Source: Candidatus Saccharimonadota bacterium
Lineage (GTDB): Bacteria; Pseudomonadota; Alphaproteobacteria; Rickettsiales; Anaplasmataceae
Length of the DNA: 32,000 bases
Direction of reading: 5' to 3'
NCBI RefSeq assembly: GCF_013365495.1
Contig: NZ_CP046580.1
Coordinates: 420,001-452,000, forward strand
The notes beneath the pieces were generated by a model. The model ran no database searches and was not told the origin of the DNA. It was given only the letters and a program-made list of their open reading frames with translations. The translations under genes and the position numbers were made by a program. Positions 29,501 through 32,000 of this stretch are shown one piece after another; the first letter of the stretch is position 1, and each line of letters opens with the position of its first letter.

Positions 29501-29869
29501 AGCTGGATTAAAGAATACCTTAATAACATAAATCTTAGAAAAGAAAAAGATGAGATTTACAGTAAAATATTAGCTTTTAATGAAAAATATAATTACCTAT
29601 TTGACTTAGAAGGTAAATCGGAAGTTACGCTGAGTGGAATGATTGATGGAAAGCCAGTATTAGTACGTCTAGATAGGCTATGTATAACACAAGATAAGGC
29701 AATTATAATTGACTATAAATCACATATTAATATTTCTATTTCTTCATTAGATGAAATAAAAAAACAGATGTATACATATAAAACTTTAGTACAAGGTATA
29801 TATCCAAATAAGCAAGTAGAGTGTATTGTTGTTTGGATAGAAAATTTATCCATACAATCTGACTTTTGA
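26561..29869 (+). CDS. addA: Double-strand break repair helicase-nuclease AddA (UvrD/Rep superfamily 1 plus RecB-type nuclease)
   Basis: 1102-aa ORF. Helicase motifs are I ASAGTGKT, Ia LTNAAANEM, II VDEAQDNS, III VGDIKQSIYRFQGA, V IMTIHKSKGLQSP and VI LLYVALTRAEDELYI. The C-terminal PD-(D/E)XK signature is RLDRL...IIDYKS. Confidence 0.9.
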   Translation: MNLDIINPNFSAWVDASAGTGKTKILIDRVLRLLLENKKNILCLTLTNAAANEMENRVHSILSRWATCSNDELIISLKQLGLSLPSSKYHYTSPYHSMLLQCSIPKSEENEAFTHYIIQARKLFSRLENLTLTIQTIHSFCYKLIYNFSIEVGMAPNYILSEYKELHSIAFEKTLHSKAVQGSICSIATEIDENKLRDLLYTLYIKRLSLTTDLEYIKNKLNAPNKICDLGNGIIEHIERLVEILNKGNKRDRSYSAILSHWCNDAKKLAIQVANNTEIKKESINSRVAYWSIKIESLAKVFLKSESYKKKSISSLITKSISDKFKDAKWIIENIQNIVLSHIRDINSYKIFKRTSNLLNIFKIYSNLYKNEKLKNAFLDYNDIIDLATNILSNPEYNNLILSSLDQKIDHILVDEAQDNSTSQWKIIMNLYDKFFISSEEKRTLFVVGDIKQSIYRFQGANPYLFNYMKKYFHTKSGNKNWISCRLEKSFRSVPEILSFIDKIFGNLRKEISFIDNEIKHIPHRKNDQGYIEIWPLLPRYKEEEQQPLQINLINRKHYIIPDRLLAQAIAHRIHTWLSKGRILVTKDRHMEPGDIMILIRQRNMLVDYLISELKKVSVPVIGRDSFRIMDYIVVQDLIALAEFLLLPTNDLALANVLKSPLFNFTEDDLFNISYNRKEQSLWERLQNYSFVIYSELDYLINLSHTESLLTLFTHVIYTGKKKFIARLGLECSEVLDEFINLVLQFENLSLQGFIQWIKENNPEIKNDMQTHYNAVRIMTIHKSKGLQSPIVFLADTNTIPKNNESIIFDAMEAPFWCERNTNVYCDQIKRKKKLEDYNEYLRLLYVALTRAEDELYILGKEPVQKGSWYDLIANNQELYEKKQSWLQPIFKEKVEISCVNVHYPFIYKQLDHFDIPVVSFPPNLTTLFQKAREKKTYWISTLSTWNNKQEKIEANNYRKGLIIHNILQYMPKIEKNRRESWIKEYLNNINLRKEKDEIYSKILAFNEKYNYLFDLEGKSEVTLSGMIDGKPVLVRLDRLCITQDKAIIIDYKSHINISISSLDEIKKQMYTYKTLVQGIYPNKQVECIVVWIENLSIQSDF

Positions 29870-30576
29870 CAAAGTTTAAAAATATATATCAATTACTCAA
29901 CATGATCTTTTTTTTGAAAGATTGTATAGCATTAAATTGAGATTGTTATTTCTATATTGTAAAAAAAATATAGTTTATACTCTGCAATTTTATAAAACTT
30001 GTACTAATTTTTTGAAGGTTTATACTAAATCCTTTGAGTTATTAATTATATAAGACATAAAGATTTTTTAGTAGAGTTTTTTTCTATACTTATTTAAAAA
30101 GATCAACAATTCCTCAGTTTTTATTATTAATAAGTTCTCTATCTTTTCTTTATAGAACAAAAAAGCAAATACTCCTATGAGAAAGGGATAAATATAAATA
30201 TTGTCAACTATATTAATATTTAGGGTACTTTATAAAGTAATGAAAAAAATAGTAAAATTATTAAGCTTTTTATGAAATTCTGCTGCATTTTTTATATTAA
30301 TCTTACTGTACAAAATATAAAATATGCTTTGAGACTTTTAATAAAACAGTATAGTGATTGTTGTTATCTAAAACAATTTTTTTAAGAATTTTCTCTAATG
30401 CTCTTATTTTAAGCTTTTACTATTTATTAGTATAAAACTTAATTATATTTTCTTTAAAAGAAGAAAAATTATTTTATGAAAATAAATCAATGAACTTTTG
30501 TAGTTTTATACAATATTAGCAAAACTTGACTTATACACTCTAAGTGCCTAAAATTTTTATTTTAGTCCTATTTATA

Positions 30577-30897
30577 ATGTTAGTAACAATATTCAGTATA
30601 CTACAGATAGTATTAGTGATCATTTTAGTAATTTTAGTTTTTCTGCGATCACCGAGAAATAACTCGCTAAGTGGTTTTAATAATTCACAACAAGGACTTA
30701 ATGCAATGATTACAGTAAAATCTCCTACAGACTCGCTTAGCAAAATAACCACTATAGTCGTTGGGTTATTTATAATAAATACACTATTATTATCGGGATT
30801 ATATTCAAAATATGTACATAAAAAATCAATTGCAGAGAAAATTTTATCAGAAAAGAAACAAAAAAATGAATCTACTTCAGTTCCTTTTGAAGATTAA
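30577..30897 (+). CDS. secG: Preprotein translocase subunit SecG
   Basis: The ORF has two TM helices flanking a polar loop ([14 protein letters not shown]...[23 protein letters not shown]). It sits immediately upstream of pyrG, as in many alphaproteobacteria. The track ORF starts at GTG 30544, which would give an implausibly long 34-aa hydrophobic N-terminus, so I prefer the ATG at 30577. Confidence 0.8.
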   Translation: MLVTIFSILQIVLVIILVILVFLRSPRNNSLSGFNNSQQGLNAMITVKSPTDSLSKITTIVVGLFIINTLLLSGLYSKYVHKKSIAEKILSEKKQKNESTSVPFED

Positions 30898-32000
30898 TGA
30901 AAGAAACTAAATTTATCTTTGTAACAGGTGGAGTTGTTTCATCACTTGGTAAAGGATTAGTTGCTTCAAGTATAGGTGCACTCCTTCAGGCTTATGATTT
31001 TAAAGTACGTATTAGAAAACTTGATCCATATTTAAATATTGATCCTGGAACAATGAACCCAATTCAGCATGGAGAAGTGTTTGTTACTGAAGATGGTGCA
31101 GAAACTGATTTGGATCTTGGGCATTATGAACGTTTTACTAGTATAAAAACAACCAAAGACGATAATATAACAACTGGTAAAATTTATTATGAGTTACTGA
31201 AAAAAGAGAGACGTGGTGATTATTTAGGTAAAACTGTACAAGTTATTCCTCATGTGATAGATTTAATTAAATCATTTATTTTTAACGGTACAGATGGCTT
31301 AGATTTTGTAATATGTGAAATAGGAGGGACTGTAGGTGATATTGAAAGTCAACCGTTTTTAGAAGCTATACGTCAAATTAGCTACAAGCTTGAAAAACAA
31401 AGAGTTATCCTTATTCATTTAACTTTAGTACCATATCTTACAGTAGCTCGAGAACAAAAAACAAAACCAACACAGCATTCGGTTAGAGAGTTAAACTTTG
31501 CAGGTTTACGGCCAGATATTATATTATGTCGTAGTGAAAAAAAAATTTCTGACAATCAAAAAAAGAAAATAGCTAATCTTTGTAATGTTTCTTTATCTAA
31601 TGTAATACCTGCTCCTGATGTAAATCATATATATAAGTTACCAATTCTATATAATCAATGTGGACTGGATACACAGGTCCTAGAACATTTTAGTTTGAGT
31701 AAACCACAACCGAACTTAACTGAATGGGACCAAATAGTACTCTCTATGAGAAAATCAATAGAGGAAATCACTGTATCTATAGTAGGAAAATACACTGAGT
31801 TTCCTGATGCGTATAAATCGTTAGTTGAAGCATTGAATCATGGTGCAATCAGCAATAAAGTTAGAGTAAAGATAAATTGGGTTAATTCAAGAAAGAAAAA
31901 TAAAGAAACTCTTGATGAAGAATTTATAAAAAAAAAGTTGCTGAATTCTCATTCAGTTCTCGTACCAGGAGGATTTGGCGACGATGGAGTGGAAGGTAAA
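30897..32000 (+). CDS. pyrG: CTP synthase, N-terminal ~368 codons (runs off the right window edge)
   Basis: This ORF is not in the track because it is truncated. The ATG at 30897 overlaps the secG stop (TAATG). The translation is [21 protein letters not shown]...[40 protein letters not shown], the canonical PyrG synthetase domain. Confidence 0.97.
   Translation, partial: MKETKFIFVTGGVVSSLGKGLVASSIGALLQAYDFKVRIRKLDPYLNIDPGTMNPIQHGEVFVTEDGAETDLDLGHYERFTSIKTTKDDNITTGKIYYELLKKERRGDYLGKTVQVIPHVIDLIKSFIFNGTDGLDFVICEIGGTVGDIESQPFLEAIRQISYKLEKQRVILIHLTLVPYLTVAREQKTKPTQHSVRELNFAGLRPDIILCRSEKKISDNQKKKIANLCNVSLSNVIPAPDVNHIYKLPILYNQCGLDTQVLEHFSLSKPQPNLTEWDQIVLSMRKSIEEITVSIVGKYTEFPDAYKSLVEALNHGAISNKVRVKINWVNSRKKNKETLDEEFIKKKLLNSHSVLVPGGFGDDGVEGK

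Noticed and set aside
30540-30752. 70-aa minus-strand ORF
   Set aside because: It is antisense to secG and has no supporting features.
1-32000. Search for a defence system, mobile element, CRISPR array, prophage, toxin-antitoxin pair or secretion-system cluster
   Set aside because: Every ORF of 100 aa or more except 19139-19645 has clear housekeeping motifs. I saw no transposase, integrase or recombinase, no repeat-spacer array, and no long terminal inverted or direct repeats flanking a block. I cannot support any such feature.
1-32000. rRNA, tRNA, tmRNA, RNase P or SRP RNA genes in the long spacers
   Set aside because: Scanning by eye on both strands found no GTTCGAATC/GGTTCAA-type T-arm with matching acceptor stems, and no conserved RNase P (GAGGAAAGTCC) or tmRNA tag motif. 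tRNAscan-SE and Infernal/Rfam should be run, because my negative result is weak.

Overview
This is an AT-rich segment (about 25% G+C in spacers and 30-45% in genes, by my hand counts). The gene content includes MEP-pathway dxr and ispE, pyrimidine genes pyrF/pyrG/dcd, haem genes hemD/hemJ, AddA, RmuC and an Mth938/NDUFAF3-like protein. Subunit genes are scattered rather than grouped in operons. Together this fits an obligate intracellular alphaproteobacterium of the Anaplasmataceae, most plausibly an Ehrlichia. The very long ORF-free spacers resemble what is published for E. ruminantium. The taxonomic call is inference only; I could run no search. I call 22 protein-coding genes, two of them cut by the window edges, and 21 are ordinary housekeeping functions. 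I saw no rRNA, tRNA, CRISPR array, transposase/integrase, prophage, toxin-antitoxin pair or recognisable defence system. I therefore cannot demonstrate a novel multi-gene system here. Five things are unusual. (1) A 28-bp perfect palindrome lies 45 nt upstream of argS, and a 30-bp near-perfect palindrome lies 14 nt upstream of dcd. Both are longer than chance predicts for this composition. (2) Coding density is bimodal: about 46% of the left 17.4 kb is ORF-free spacer, against about 15% of the right 14.6 kb. (3) The spacers form a compositional mosaic, with strongly C-depleted, purine-rich patches next to skew-neutral, T-rich ones. This suggests fossil genes of different strand origin or long untranslated transcripts. 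(4) An orphan acidic 168-aa ORF sits between hemJ and dxr, with no family I recognise. (5) Shine-Dalgarno/ATG modules are followed by tiny ORFs stranded inside spacers. All functional interpretations of these are hypotheses that need homology searches, comparative genomics and transcript mapping.
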